Part shown: piece after piece, positions 28,029 through 38,224 of the stretch
Layout of the letters: each line of letters opens with the position of its first letter
How positions within the stretch are numbered: the first letter of the stretch is position 1
Source of the DNA: Patescibacteria group bacterium
GTDB lineage: Bacteria; Patescibacteriota; Minisyncoccia; Phycocordibacterales; UBA1550
NCBI GenBank assembly: GCA_038061275.1
Contig: JBBTZQ010000018.1
Location: forward strand, 1-61,785
Length of the DNA stretch: 61,785 bases
Direction: 5' to 3'
Translations under genes and position numbers: made by a program
The notes under the pieces: model-generated
Databases searched by the model: none
Seen by the model: the letters and a program-made list of their open reading frames with translations, nothing else
Told to the model about the DNA's origin: nothing

Positions 28029-28640
28029 ATGAGTAGAATTGCATGCAAAATTTGTCGACGTCTCGGAGAGTCCATTTGTGGACGCGAGAAGTGCGCGTAT
28101 AAAAAACGACCGTACCCACCGGGACGCCTCCTTTCTGAGCGAAAGCACCGTTCAAACATCACCGACTACGGTATGCAGATGCGCGAGAAGCAAAAGGTCC
28201 GTAATACATACGGACTGCGCGAGAAGCAGTTCGGTATGTATGTGAAGGAAGCTTCTGGAAAACAGGGAGTAAATCCTTCAGAGTATCTTTACGAGGCTCT
28301 TGAGTCCCGTCTTGATAATGCAGTTTTGCGTTCAGGTATTGTTGCTTCTCGCGCAATAGCGCGCCAGATCGTTGCACACGGGCACATCACGGTCAACGGG
28401 GCGCGTACCTATATTCCTTCACGAAGGATTAAGGTAGGCGATATCCTTGGGATTCGCGAGGGTAGCAAGAGTTCAGTGCTTTTTTCAAATTTGTCAGAGA
28501 AACTAAAGACACTTACAGCACCTACATGGCTTAAGGTTGATGCTGATAAGCTTTCCGTTACGGTTCAGGGTAAGCCTAAAGTTGCGCAAGGAGAACACAC
28601 CTTCAACCTTACTTCTGTTATTGAATTCTATAGCCGTTAA
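28029..28640 (+). CDS. rpsD: 30S ribosomal protein S4
   Basis: N-terminal Cys-rich segment. ..YGLREKQF.., ..LESRLDNAVLRSG...R.QIVAHGHITVNG.. (S4 domain). Confidence 0.95.
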   Translation: MSRIACKICRRLGESICGREKCAYKKRPYPPGRLLSERKHRSNITDYGMQMREKQKVRNTYGLREKQFGMYVKEASGKQGVNPSEYLYEALESRLDNAVLRSGIVASRAIARQIVAHGHITVNGARTYIPSRRIKVGDILGIREGSKSSVLFSNLSEKLKTLTAPTWLKVDADKLSVTVQGKPKVAQGEHTFNLTSVIEFYSR

Positions 28641-28705
28641 TCAGGTACGCGTTTGCATTTATTAAGGAAATAATGTATAGTTTCATCGTTTAAATTTAAA
28701 TCATT

Positions 28706-29674
28706 ATGCTCGACTACAACATCACATTGCCATCAAAGCCAAAGATCATCTCGGAAGATGGTTTTAAAGGTACCTACGAGATTGAGAATCTTTACCCTGG
28801 ATATGGCCACACGCTTGGCAACTCGCTTCGTCGTATCGTACTGTCTTCGCTTTTGGGCGCTGCTATCACGACCGTCAAGATCGAAAATGCTCAGCATGAA
28901 TTTTCAACGCTCGATGGCGTAAAAGAAGACGTTATTACGATTTTGCTCAACCTCAAGAAGGCTCGTTTCAAGCTTTCGACTATGGATGATCAGACTGTCA
29001 CACTCTCCGTCAAGGGACCAAAAGTAGTTACTGCGGGAGATATGAAATTATCTGGTCAAGTTGAAATATTGAACCCAGATCTTCATATTGCAACCCTCAC
29101 CTCAAAGGACAGCTCTCTTACTATTGAAATGACAGTCGCAAAGGGATTTGGATATGTTTCAAAGGAAGTACACCAGAAAGACAAAGTAGATATTGGAACT
29201 ATTGCCGTAGATGCCATCTTCACCCCTATTCGTCGCGTAAATTACGAGGTAGACAATATGCGTGTTGGTGATCGTACTGACTACAATCGTTTGAGAATCA
29301 CTATTGAAACAGATGGTACAATTCTTCCACGTCGCGCGCTTGAATCATCAATCGAGATTATGACCAAGCAATTGAAAGCTATCATCGGTTTTGCTGAAAA
29401 AGAGGAATCGGTAGAAGTTTTTAGTGATGAAACCAAAGAAGATACCTCTACCAAGAAGGATGGTGTTGATAACGAGTTTTTAAAAACACGCGTAGAACAG
29501 CTTGACCTTTCGACACGTACAACAAATGCGCTTTCAAACGCAAATATTCGCACTGTTGGAGGGCTTGCACGAAAGACCGAAGAAGATCTCCTTGAGATTG
29601 ATGGTCTTGGAGACAAGGGTATTCAGGAGATTAAGCGTGCTCTTGCACAGCACAGCATAATCCTTAAAGATTAA
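28706..29674 (+). CDS. rpoA: DNA-directed RNA polymerase subunit alpha
   Basis: ..PGYGHTLGNSLRRIVLSSL.. N-terminal domain. C-terminal domain ..LDLSTRTTNALSNANIRTVGGL.. Confidence 0.95.
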   Translation: MLDYNITLPSKPKIISEDGFKGTYEIENLYPGYGHTLGNSLRRIVLSSLLGAAITTVKIENAQHEFSTLDGVKEDVITILLNLKKARFKLSTMDDQTVTLSVKGPKVVTAGDMKLSGQVEILNPDLHIATLTSKDSSLTIEMTVAKGFGYVSKEVHQKDKVDIGTIAVDAIFTPIRRVNYEVDNMRVGDRTDYNRLRITIETDGTILPRRALESSIEIMTKQLKAIIGFAEKEESVEVFSDETKEDTSTKKDGVDNEFLKTRVEQLDLSTRTTNALSNANIRTVGGLARKTEEDLLEIDGLGDKGIQEIKRALAQHSIILKD

Positions 29675-29701
29675 GAATTAATACACGTTAACGATACTAT
29701 T

Positions 29702-30061
29702 ATGAAACACCACAAGTCGATGAGAAAATTTGGACGAGACCACGCAGGACGCATAGCGCTCCTTCGCTCGCTCGCTCTTGCTTTGATTGAAGGAGAGCAC
29801 ATACAGACGACCGAAGCGCGCGCAAAGGAGCTCCGCCCATTTATCGAAAGCTTGGTTACCAAGGGACGAACAGCGGATCTCGCATCTCGCCGTTTGATCA
29901 TTGCGCGCCTTGGAGGTGTCTCAGGAGAAGCGAGCGCAAAGAAGCTCATTGATGATATTTCTCCTCGTTACGCTACGCGTCCTGGAGGATACACACGTAT
30001 CGTCAAGCTTCCTCGTCGAGGAGGCGATGCCAGCAAGATGGCGATTATTGAATTTGTATAG
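29702..30061 (+). CDS. rplQ: 50S ribosomal protein L17
   Basis: MKHHKSMRKFGRDHAGRIALLRSLA..TT.ARAKELRPF.E.L.T..GGYTRI. Confidence 0.95.
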   Translation: MKHHKSMRKFGRDHAGRIALLRSLALALIEGEHIQTTEARAKELRPFIESLVTKGRTADLASRRLIIARLGGVSGEASAKKLIDDISPRYATRPGGYTRIVKLPRRGGDASKMAIIEFV

Positions 30062-30072
30062 TATTTACCATT

Positions 30073-30426
30073 ATGACAACCACAGCTTATAAAATTGACG
30101 CAAAGGGAAAGTCCGTAGGTCGCGTTGCGACCGAGGCAGCGAGCGCGCTCATGGGCAAAAATTCAGTTACTTTTCAGAAGCATCTCGTTGCAGATGTTCA
30201 GGTGGTAATTGAAAATGCTTCACTTGCGTCGATCTCTCCACGAAAGCTTGGTGAAGTTCATGCAAAGTCATACTCTGGGTACCCTGGAGGACTCAAGGAG
30301 CGAACGATTGGATACACAATCGAGAAGAAGGGGCATGGAGAAGTGTTTATCCGCGCTATCGGTCGCATGATTCCGCGCAACCGTCTCCACAAGGACCGCA
30401 TGAAGCGCCTTACGGTAACTGATTAA
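30073..30426 (+). CDS. rplM: 50S ribosomal protein L13 (short, 117 aa)
   Basis: ..GKSVGRVATEAASALMGK.. and ..YSGYPGGLKE.. and ..RAIGRMIPRN.LHKDRMKRL.. Confidence 0.9.
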   Translation: MTTTAYKIDAKGKSVGRVATEAASALMGKNSVTFQKHLVADVQVVIENASLASISPRKLGEVHAKSYSGYPGGLKERTIGYTIEKKGHGEVFIRAIGRMIPRNRLHKDRMKRLTVTD

Positions 30427-30433
30427 TAATATT

Positions 30434-30886
30434 ATGACAACATCTATGACAGAAAAAACAACTCCTAAGAAAACGCCTGCTCTCGCCAAGGTAGCCCACC
30501 GCTACATCGAGGCAGTAGGTCGTCGCAAGACTTCTACCGCGCGCGTTCGCATCACTGAGGCGACCAAGGAGAGTGTTGTCATCAACGGCAAAGATGTGCC
30601 AAGCTACTTCGTGACCGCAGATCTCCAGAAGATTGTGAACGACGCATTTGAAAAATCTAAAGTAGTAGGAAAATTTATAGTTACAGTAGTTGTTCGCGGA
30701 GGTGGTATTCACTCTCAAGCAGAGGCACTCCGCCACGGACTTTCGCGCGCATTGGTATCATTCGACGAAGAGCTTCGAGGACGTTTGAAGAAGTCTGGTT
30801 ACTTGAAGCGCGATCCTCGCATGAAAGAGCGTCGTAAGTTCGGACTCAAGAAGGCACGCAAGGCTCCACAATGGTCAAAGCGCTAA
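30434..30886 (+). CDS. rpsI: 30S ribosomal protein S9
   Basis: ..GRRKTSTARVRI..GGGIHSQAEALRHGLSRAL..DPRMKERRKFGLKKARKAPQWSKR. Confidence 0.95.
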   Translation: MTTSMTEKTTPKKTPALAKVAHRYIEAVGRRKTSTARVRITEATKESVVINGKDVPSYFVTADLQKIVNDAFEKSKVVGKFIVTVVVRGGGIHSQAEALRHGLSRALVSFDEELRGRLKKSGYLKRDPRMKERRKFGLKKARKAPQWSKR

Positions 30887-30901
30887 TACGGTTTTTAAAA
30901 G

Positions 30902-30931
30902 AATTCCCTCTCATCTGACAGGGAATTTTTT
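30902..30931 (+). terminator. rho-independent terminator of the ribosomal protein block
   Basis: aattccct (10-nt loop) agggaatt followed by tttttt. Confidence 0.7.
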
Positions 30932-30980
30932 GTATTTGCATATTTAAAAAACTCTTAAAGTGTGATAGTATGTCAGTTAT

Positions 30981-31619
30981 ATGGTACAGACGCACAAAGA
31001 AAAAAAGGGTGGAACTGATGAGGAAATCAAGGCTGTAAACGAAGCCTCAAGTGCCGGGCTTGACACAACAAAAGAAGATATGTATATTGACGACGTGCAG
31101 TTCGAGGATATTCAAGAAGGAGAAAATCCGGCAATGACGATAAAAAAATTACGAGAGAAACTTCGCACCTGCGAATCGGAGAAGAAAGAATATCTTGATG
31201 GATGGCAACGGATGAGAGCGGATTACGCAAATGCGCGCAAGGAAGAAGAGACGCGCCGCGGAGAGATCATAAAATTTGCCTCGGAGGGGCTCGTCGAAGA
31301 TGTTCTCCCTGTTCTAGATAGTTTCAGAATGGCGTTTTCAAATAAAGAGGCATGGGAGAAAGTTGATAAAAATTGGCGTACGGGAGTTGAATACATACAT
31401 GCTCAATTGCTTTCTGTTCTCGAGTCTCGCGGACTTACGGAAATCGGCACGATAGGAGAAAAGATCGATCCACGAATCCATGTGGTCACCGAAGTCATCC
31501 CCGTTAACGACACTTCAAAAGAAGATACTGTTTCTGAAGTGATACAAAAGGGTTATCGTCTCCACAGCAAAGTGGTTAGACCAGCAAAGGTGAAGTCATT
31601 TGGGAACACCATAGAATAA
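30981..31619 (+). CDS. grpE: nucleotide exchange factor GrpE
   Basis: Coiled-coil N-terminus. ..[20 protein letters not shown].. and a C-terminal beta domain ..[14 protein letters not shown].. Confidence 0.9.
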   Translation: MVQTHKEKKGGTDEEIKAVNEASSAGLDTTKEDMYIDDVQFEDIQEGENPAMTIKKLREKLRTCESEKKEYLDGWQRMRADYANARKEEETRRGEIIKFASEGLVEDVLPVLDSFRMAFSNKEAWEKVDKNWRTGVEYIHAQLLSVLESRGLTEIGTIGEKIDPRIHVVTEVIPVNDTSKEDTVSEVIQKGYRLHSKVVRPAKVKSFGNTIE

Positions 31620-31717
31620 TTTTATGGCCGAGCTTGCGTCCAAGACGTGAACTTGCTAGTTCAGAATCTGCTGATTCGAAGTCGAATTTAACTAATACAT
31701 TTAAACACAAAAATATT

Positions 31718-33607
31718 ATGGCAAAAATTTTAGGCATAGATCTTGGTACGACAAACTCAGCGATGGCAATCATCGAAGGTGGCGAACCGAGGATCATTGA
31801 GAACATTGAAGGCGTGCGAACGACACCGTCTGTCATTGCGACCTCCAAGAACGGAGAGCGCGTTGTTGGCTTGCTTGCAAAACGACAAGCGGTAACGAAC
31901 CCGACCAATACACTGTTTGGGATCAAGCGTTTGATCGGACACACGTTCGAGGACGAGGGTGTTCAGCGTGACAAAAAAAACGCTCCCTTTACCATTGAGA
32001 AATCGCCAGATGGCGGCGTAAAGGTAAAGATGGGTGACAAGTCGTTCCGTCCTGAAGAGATTTCGGCTATGGTTCTCCAGAAACTCAAGCAGGATGCAGA
32101 GGCAAAGCTCGGAGAAAAGATTACCGAAGCGGTCATCACCGTGCCTGCTTATTTTAATGACTCACAACGACAAGCTACAAAAGACGCGGGGCAAATCGCG
32201 GGCTTCGATGTAAAACGCATCATCAATGAGCCTACGGCGGCAGCGCTTGCGTACGGTTTTAACAAGAAGAAAGATGAGAAGATTGTCGTGTATGACTTTG
32301 GAGGAGGCACGTTCGATGTATCTGTTCTTGAGGTTGGAGATGATGTTATTGAAGTAAAATCAACCGATGGCGACGTTCACATGGGTGGAGAAGACATTGA
32401 CCAGAAGATCATTCGTTGGATTGCTGATGAATTTAAAAAAGAATCAGGCATCGACGTCTCTAAGGATGTCATGGCCCTTCAGCGTCTCAAGGAAGCAGCA
32501 GAAAAGGCAAAGCATGAGCTCTCGACAACACCAGAGGCAGAGATCAACATTCCATTCATCACGTCTGATGCATCGGGCCCTCGACATCTTCAGCTTAAAC
32601 TCCTGAGAAGCAAGCTCGAAGAGCTCGCTCGAGAATACATCGACAAATCCATTGAGATTACCAAGCGCGCCCTCGATGCGTCTCCGTTCAAAGTGGGTGA
32701 TATTAACGAAGTTATCTTGGTGGGTGGACAAACTCGAATGCCAGCTATCATAGATGCGGTAAAAGCACTTTTTGGAAAAGAGCCAAACCGCTCAATTAAC
32801 CCAGATGAAGTCGTTGCGATTGGAGCTGCTATTCAAGCAGGAATTCTTCAAGGTGACGTAAAGGATATTCTCCTTCTTGATGTAATACCACTTTCTCTGG
32901 GTATTGAGACATTCGGAAATGTTGCAACGAAGCTTATCGAAAAGAATACAACAATTCCTGCATCTAGATCACAAATCTTTTCAACTGCATCGGATAATCA
33001 AACATCAGTTGAAATTCACGTTGTTCAAGGTGAGCGTCCTATGGCTCCAGACAACAAGTCCCTCGGGCGCTTTATCTTGGATGGTATTCCACCTTCACCG
33101 CGCGGACTTCCTCAGGTTGAAGTTACGTTTGACGTGGACGCAAACGGTATCTTGCAGGTAAAAGCAAAAGAAAAAACAACCGGCAAAGAACAATCTATTC
33201 GTATTGAAGCTCGGTCAGGACTTACTAAAGAAGACATTGAACGCATGACAAAAGAGGCAGAAATGAATGCTTCAGAAGATGCAAAAAAGAAAGACGCTGC
33301 TGAATCAAAGAACGTACTTGAGCAACTTATCTACACAGCTGAAAAAGCCTTACGTGATAACGGTGAAAAAGTTCCAGCAGATATTAAAATCTCTATTGAG
33401 TCCAAGATTGCTGATGCAAAAGGAGCTGTCACAAGTACTGACCTCGATGTAATGAAAAAAGCAACGGAGGATCTTTCACAAGAACTCCAGAAGATTGGTG
33501 AGGCGATGATGAAAAATGCGGAACAGCCTGCGGAAGAAACGACAAAAGAAGAAGGAGATGGAAAAGTACACGACGCTGAGTACAAAGAAGGAGACGATAA
33601 AAAATAA
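31718..33607 (+). CDS. dnaK: molecular chaperone DnaK (Hsp70)
   Basis: [17 protein letters not shown].., ..[10 protein letters not shown].., ..[11 protein letters not shown].. The ORF-track start at 31634 is an upstream in-frame extension. Confidence 0.97.
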   Translation: MAKILGIDLGTTNSAMAIIEGGEPRIIENIEGVRTTPSVIATSKNGERVVGLLAKRQAVTNPTNTLFGIKRLIGHTFEDEGVQRDKKNAPFTIEKSPDGGVKVKMGDKSFRPEEISAMVLQKLKQDAEAKLGEKITEAVITVPAYFNDSQRQATKDAGQIAGFDVKRIINEPTAAALAYGFNKKKDEKIVVYDFGGGTFDVSVLEVGDDVIEVKSTDGDVHMGGEDIDQKIIRWIADEFKKESGIDVSKDVMALQRLKEAAEKAKHELSTTPEAEINIPFITSDASGPRHLQLKLLRSKLEELAREYIDKSIEITKRALDASPFKVGDINEVILVGGQTRMPAIIDAVKALFGKEPNRSINPDEVVAIGAAIQAGILQGDVKDILLLDVIPLSLGIETFGNVATKLIEKNTTIPASRSQIFSTASDNQTSVEIHVVQGERPMAPDNKSLGRFILDGIPPSPRGLPQVEVTFDVDANGILQVKAKEKTTGKEQSIRIEARSGLTKEDIERMTKEAEMNASEDAKKKDAAESKNVLEQLIYTAEKALRDNGEKVPADIKISIESKIADAKGAVTSTDLDVMKKATEDLSQELQKIGEAMMKNAEQPAEETTKEEGDGKVHDAEYKEGDDKK

Positions 33608-33662
33608 TCTAGCTTAATTCTACGAGAGTTGCCCACGTGCATTTTTCAGATCGCACAATATT

Positions 33663-34748
33663 ATGAGTCCCAAAGATTATTACAAAATTCTCGGTGTGGA
33701 AAAGAACGCCTCTCAAGATGAGATCAAAAAGGCGTTTCGTAAACTTGCACACCAGCATCATCCTGATAAAGGAGGCGATGAGAAAAAATTCAAGGAGGCG
33801 AGTGAGGCGTATCAAACTCTCTCCGATGAAAAAAAGAGAGCCGAGTATGATACACACGGATCCACAGGGGGAAATCGTGGATTCGGCGGTGGTGGAGGGC
33901 AGACCCAGGGAGGAGGTTTTGACTTCTCAGGGTTCGGTGGAGGGCAGGGTTTTGAAGGCGTCGACTTAAATGATATCTTTGGAGATTTTTTCGGTGGTCG
34001 CGGAGCACAAACATCTTCGCGGTCTCGCCGTGGCAGTGATGTTTCAGTGGATATCAAACTTACATTTTCTGAAGCTGTATTTGGCGTTGAGCGAAAGATC
34101 CGCATTGCCAAAACTTCGAAATGCGAAACGTGCGAAGGCTCTGGCGCAAAACCAAAAACTAAACTCATCATTTGTACTATTTGTAACGGAGTTGGTCGCA
34201 TTAGCGAGAACCGACAATCTGTCTTTGGCACATTTTCACACATGCGCGACTGTCCACATTGTGGTGGGTATGGAAAAATCCCAGAAGAGAAATGCACTAC
34301 CTGTAAAGGAGCGGGTGTAATGCGTCGCGAGGAGGAGATCAGTATTAAAATTCCTGCGGGGATTGAACACGGAGAAATGGTTCGCTTAATGGGGGCTGGA
34401 GAAGCTGTACAACATGGAACCACAGGAGACCTCTATGTGCGCGTTTCAGTAGCGCCACACCCCGTGTTCAAGCGCGATCATGAGAACCTTGTGATGAACC
34501 TCAGAGTCAAACTCACGGATGCTATTTTAGGAGCAGAGTATCCACTCGAGACTCTTGATGGACAGATCAAACTCTCTATCCCCAAAGGAATATCTTCTGG
34601 AGAAGTATTACGGGTAAAAGGGAAAGGTGTTCCTGTTGATAAAAAACATCGCGGGGACCTGTTTATTAAAGTTGAGGTAAAAAACCCAGCAAAACTCTCT
34701 CGCAAAGCTGAAAAACTCATCGAAGAACTCCGTGTGGAGGGGATATAA
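33663..34748 (+). CDS. dnaJ: molecular chaperone DnaJ
   Basis: J domain with HPD (..[11 protein letters not shown]..), G/F-rich linker, four CxxCxG zinc-finger repeats. Confidence 0.95.
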   Translation: MSPKDYYKILGVEKNASQDEIKKAFRKLAHQHHPDKGGDEKKFKEASEAYQTLSDEKKRAEYDTHGSTGGNRGFGGGGGQTQGGGFDFSGFGGGQGFEGVDLNDIFGDFFGGRGAQTSSRSRRGSDVSVDIKLTFSEAVFGVERKIRIAKTSKCETCEGSGAKPKTKLIICTICNGVGRISENRQSVFGTFSHMRDCPHCGGYGKIPEEKCTTCKGAGVMRREEEISIKIPAGIEHGEMVRLMGAGEAVQHGTTGDLYVRVSVAPHPVFKRDHENLVMNLRVKLTDAILGAEYPLETLDGQIKLSIPKGISSGEVLRVKGKGVPVDKKHRGDLFIKVEVKNPAKLSRKAEKLIEELRVEGI

Positions 34749-34760
34749 AACTACTAATAT

Positions 34761-34789
34761 TTGCAAATTTATTAAAATCAAGGTATAGT
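34761..34789 (+). promoter_or_regulatory. sigma70-type promoter (TTGCAA-N17-TATAGT) driving a small transcript
   Basis: Read directly, 13 nt after the dnaJ stop. Followed by GAGGAGG and two mini-ORFs. Confidence 0.5.
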
Positions 34790-34805
34790 TTTCGAGGAGG
34801 TATTA

Positions 34806-34835
34806 ATGGTTCAAGTATCGAGATTTTCTCGGTGA
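34806..34835 (+). other. 9-codon mini-ORF (MVQVSRFSR) with near-perfect SD
   Basis: GAGGAGG at 34794-34800, 5-nt spacer, ATG at 34806, TGA at 34833-34835. Could be a leader/regulatory uORF or chance. Confidence 0.25.
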
Positions 34836-34868
34836 CATTAACGCCATTCCATGAAAAAGAGGTGTGAA

Positions 34869-34958
34869 ATGAACATTATATCGTATGCTGGTCCTGGCGA
34901 AGGCACTTGCCCAGATTGTCCAGGTGACCCAGGTGATGCGCCCTGTGACGGTGGTTAA
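34869..34958 (+). CDS. 29-aa Cys/Pro/Gly/Asp-rich mini-protein MNIISYAGPGEGTCPDCPGDPGDAPCDGG (candidate precursor peptide)
   Basis: ATG at 34869 preceded by AGAGGT (5-nt spacer). An in-frame ATG at 34851 would add MKKRCE. The coding stretch is visibly more GC-rich than its flanks. A hairpin follows. Not in the ORF track (<60 aa). Confidence 0.3.
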   Translation: MNIISYAGPGEGTCPDCPGDPGDAPCDGG

Positions 34959-34972
34959 CTTTTCCACTAGTA

Positions 34973-35006
34973 AATATCCCCCGTTTTTTAATAGGCGGGG
35001 GATATT
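34973..35006 (+). terminator. 11-bp stem hairpin after the mini-ORF (possible terminator/attenuator)
   Basis: aatatcccccg (12-nt T-rich loop) cgggggatatt. No clean 3' T-tract, so function is uncertain. Confidence 0.45.
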
Positions 35007-35030
35007 CTATGTTAATATATGTAATATTGT

Positions 35031-37058
35031 ATGAATTTCCCAAAAACTCAAAAAGAGAATATTGAAGAAAAAATTTTTGACACAGTTATTAATGACCCCT
35101 ATCGATGGCTTGAGAATGGAGAAAGCAGAGAGACAAAAGAATGGGTTGATGCGCAAAATGCTTATATTGATCTGAATCTTCGGAATGAAACTTTTGAGAT
35201 GTTTTCTCGAGAGCTTACTCAAGATTTTAAAATTACTAATTTTTCGAACCCCATCCCTTGCAGAGGAAAATATTTCTTTTCTGAGAGACAGCCTGATGAA
35301 GACCAGTTTGTGGTTTATGTAAAAGAAGGAATTCACGGGACTCCTATCAAGCTCGTTGATCCTAACGGAATGAATTCAAGTAATACGGTCGCTATTGATT
35401 TTTGGTCAATATCAAGAACAGGGAAGTATTTGGTGTACGGCCTTTCGCATGGCGGTGATGAAATGCCGACCATGTACATTAAAGACATTGGTGCTGATAG
35501 TGCCCCCGAGCAAATTCCGCGCTGTAAAAATGCTCAGGCGAGATGGCTCCCTGATGATTCCGGCTTTTATTATAAAAGAAATCCTCAAGAAGGCGCTGTT
35601 CCTAGAAATGAAGAGCACCTACACTCGAAAGTCTATTTTCACCAAATAGGTCAAAATCCAGAAAACGACGAACTTATCTTTGGGGAGGGTCGTCCCAAAG
35701 ATGATATGCTTACATTGGCTATTTCGTTAGATGGAAGATATTTAGCTGTTGAGGCATCTAGAAATTGGACTGAAAATGAAATATATATTTATGATAGGGA
35801 GAACAAACAGACAACACCTTTAATAATTAATATCCCCGCACTTTCTTCGATTTTCTTTTTAGAAGACAAGGCGATACTCTATACAAATTACGAGGCAAAT
35901 AATTATCGAACTCTCTCTATGTCACTTAATTCTCTCTTTGTTCCCATTGAGCAATGGCAAGAATTAATTCCTGAAAGAGAGGTCCTTCTGCGATCAATTG
36001 TCCCAACTAGAGACAAGATTCTTGCTGATTATTTAGTGAACGCTTGCTCTAAAGCAGTAATCTTTGACCAACAAGGAAAAGAACAAGAAGAAATACCTCT
36101 TCCACCATACTCCAATCTCACTGGCATTTCTGCTCGTCGCGAAGAACATGAATTTTTTTATGGAGTAGAATCCTTCACATTTCCTAAGGTGACTTATCGA
36201 TATATCCCTGATGAACGTACGTTTGCTGAATATAGAAGAACACAAAGCTCGATAGATTCTGATGAATATATCGTCAAGCAGGAATGGTATTCGTCTAAAG
36301 ACGGCACTAAAATACCCCTATTTATTTTTCATAGGAAGGATTTAAAAACCAGCGGATTCCACCCAACTATTCTTTATGGATATGGTGGGTTTGGTCATTC
36401 ACTGACACCTTTGTTCAATAGAAATTTTATACCTTGGATTAAGCGAAACGGCATTTTTGCAGTTGCAAACATACGAGGAGGTGCAGAGTTTGGTGAAGAG
36501 TGGCATAAGCAAGGAATAAAAGAGAACAAGCAAAATAGCTTTGATGATTTTATTGCCGCTGCTGAGTACTTAATAAAGGAAGGATACACTGACCGTAGCC
36601 ACCTAGGTATTTTAGGAGGAAGTAACGGAGGTCTTTTGGTAAGCGCCGTAGAGACTCAAAGACCAGAACTCTTTAAGGCGGTATGTTCAAGGGTTCCACT
36701 TGCTGATATGGTGCGATTCCCGCTTTTTGGCATGGCTTCTCGCTGGGTTCATGAATACGGGGATCCAAATAACAAAGAGGATTTGCTCAGAATATTGAAA
36801 TGGAGTCCTTACCATACTACAAAGGAAGGAATAGAATATCCTGCCACCTTTTTTACAACTGCAGACAAGGACTCGCGAGTCAATCCTCTCCACGCTCGAA
36901 AAATGGCAGCCATGCTTCAATCAATCAATAAAAAAAACAGTATTTTTATTTTTACTGAAATGGAGGCTGGGCACGGTCCTGGCAAACCGATAACAAAAAC
37001 CGTAGAAAGCTGGGCGCTGATACTTACCTTCTTTGCAAAAGAGCTTGGTTTAGGTTAA
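35031..37058 (+). CDS. prolyl oligopeptidase (peptidase S9A family)
   Basis: N-terminus ..DPYRWLE.. and beta-propeller. The catalytic domain has ..GILGGSNGGLLV.. (GxSxGG nucleophile elbow) and ..DKDSRVNPLHARK.. and ..EAGHG.. Confidence 0.9.
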   Translation: MNFPKTQKENIEEKIFDTVINDPYRWLENGESRETKEWVDAQNAYIDLNLRNETFEMFSRELTQDFKITNFSNPIPCRGKYFFSERQPDEDQFVVYVKEGIHGTPIKLVDPNGMNSSNTVAIDFWSISRTGKYLVYGLSHGGDEMPTMYIKDIGADSAPEQIPRCKNAQARWLPDDSGFYYKRNPQEGAVPRNEEHLHSKVYFHQIGQNPENDELIFGEGRPKDDMLTLAISLDGRYLAVEASRNWTENEIYIYDRENKQTTPLIINIPALSSIFFLEDKAILYTNYEANNYRTLSMSLNSLFVPIEQWQELIPEREVLLRSIVPTRDKILADYLVNACSKAVIFDQQGKEQEEIPLPPYSNLTGISARREEHEFFYGVESFTFPKVTYRYIPDERTFAEYRRTQSSIDSDEYIVKQEWYSSKDGTKIPLFIFHRKDLKTSGFHPTILYGYGGFGHSLTPLFNRNFIPWIKRNGIFAVANIRGGAEFGEEWHKQGIKENKQNSFDDFIAAAEYLIKEGYTDRSHLGILGGSNGGLLVSAVETQRPELFKAVCSRVPLADMVRFPLFGMASRWVHEYGDPNNKEDLLRILKWSPYHTTKEGIEYPATFFTTADKDSRVNPLHARKMAAMLQSINKKNSIFIFTEMEAGHGPGKPITKTVESWALILTFFAKELGLG

Positions 37059-37120
37059 GAACAGGCGGTACTATTCGTATATAATCGTAAACAGATATGT
37101 TATAATGGTTATGATTTATT

Positions 37121-38224
37121 ATGAGGATTAGAACACCAAAAATTTATAAGGACAAAGAAGAACTTCCAGAGGGTACAGAGGTTGTTGATATTGTAGACTC
37201 TGCTCTCAAAGAACTTTTTATTGTCGAGAATCCACATTTTAAAAATAGTCCGGATAATCTTGGTGAGCAAATTAAAAATTTTTCATCAGAATATGAAAAG
37301 GACATAATCTGGGCGTATCTTCCATGGAAAAATATTGCTATTAGAATGCCGAGTGAAGCCGTTTATTATAAACTTCGTACAGCAAGAAACAGAAATATTA
37401 TAAGAGAAGAAGAACAAGAAAAATATAGAAACTGCCACGCAGGAATAGTCGGGCTGTCGGTCGGATCGTCAATATTAGCGTCGCTTGTAATGACTGGTGG
37501 TCCTAAAAAAATAAAGATTGCTGATTTTGATGTACTGGAGACAACAAACCTCAATCGTTTGAGAGGAAAAATTTTTGATATTGGGAAAGTTAAAACAGAT
37601 ATTGCAGCAAAAGAAACATGGGAGCTCGACCCTTTTGCAGATCTTGAGTTATGGCACGAAGGTGTTACGAAAGATACGATTGAGAATTTTATTTTGTCGC
37701 CGAAGCTTGATATTTTTATCGACGAGATGGATAGCATTCATATTAAGATTCTTTCCCGCATCATATGTAAAGAAAATAGAATACCTGTTTTAATGGCGAC
37801 AGACAATGGTGATAGTATAATTCTTGATGTAGAAAGATTTGATCTTGAGCCGGAGCGTCCTATTTTTCACGGTTTGCTCAACGACGATGACCAAAAAAAC
37901 CTTGAAGACCTCACGTTTAAAGATTGGCTCAAGCTCGCGACAAAAATTGTTGACGCTGAATACTTAACGCCACGAATGCAGGAATCTCTCTTGGATATAG
38001 GACTTAAAAAAATTCCCTCGGTTCCTCAGCTCGGCACTACTGCAGCTATCGCTGGTGCGGCGGTTGCTTATGCAGTTCGACAAATTTCCAACGGAGTTGC
38101 GCTCCCTTCTGGTAGATACACATTAGGACTGGAGTCAACTATATCTACAAATTATAATGAGGAAGAGCAGGTAGTTGAGCGCAAAAAAAGAACCGAGGAA
38201 TTTAAGAGCAAATTCATGAAATGA
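37121..38224 (+). CDS. ThiF/E1-like adenylyltransferase-fold protein (Rv1355c N-terminal-domain-like)
   Basis: ..WAYLPWKNIAIRMP...RTARNRNIIREEEQEK...GIVGLSVGSSILASLVMTGG..IKIADFDVLETTNLNR.. Rossmann-like E1 core with the GLSVG variant I associate with Rv1355c/MoeY-type proteins (from memory). Confidence 0.65.
   Translation: MRIRTPKIYKDKEELPEGTEVVDIVDSALKELFIVENPHFKNSPDNLGEQIKNFSSEYEKDIIWAYLPWKNIAIRMPSEAVYYKLRTARNRNIIREEEQEKYRNCHAGIVGLSVGSSILASLVMTGGPKKIKIADFDVLETTNLNRLRGKIFDIGKVKTDIAAKETWELDPFADLELWHEGVTKDTIENFILSPKLDIFIDEMDSIHIKILSRIICKENRIPVLMATDNGDSIILDVERFDLEPERPIFHGLLNDDDQKNLEDLTFKDWLKLATKIVDAEYLTPRMQESLLDIGLKKIPSVPQLGTTAAIAGAAVAYAVRQISNGVALPSGRYTLGLESTISTNYNEEEQVVERKKRTEEFKSKFMK

Noticed and set aside
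30887-30980. CIRCE (TTAGCACTC-N9-GAGTGCTAA) heat-shock operator upstream of grpE-dnaK-dnaJ
   Set aside because: No match to the inverted repeat was found by eye, and no hrcA is present in the window.
31634-31717. N-terminal extension of dnaK
   Set aside because: Canonical Hsp70 starts at M-(A/G)-K-I-(I/L)-GIDLGTTNS. ATG at 31718 matches this, and the extension has no SD.
33812-34423. 203-aa Pro-rich minus-strand ORF
   Set aside because: It lies entirely antisense to dnaJ. Its Pro/Pro-Pro runs are the reverse complement of the Gly-rich G/F linker codons. It is a shadow ORF.
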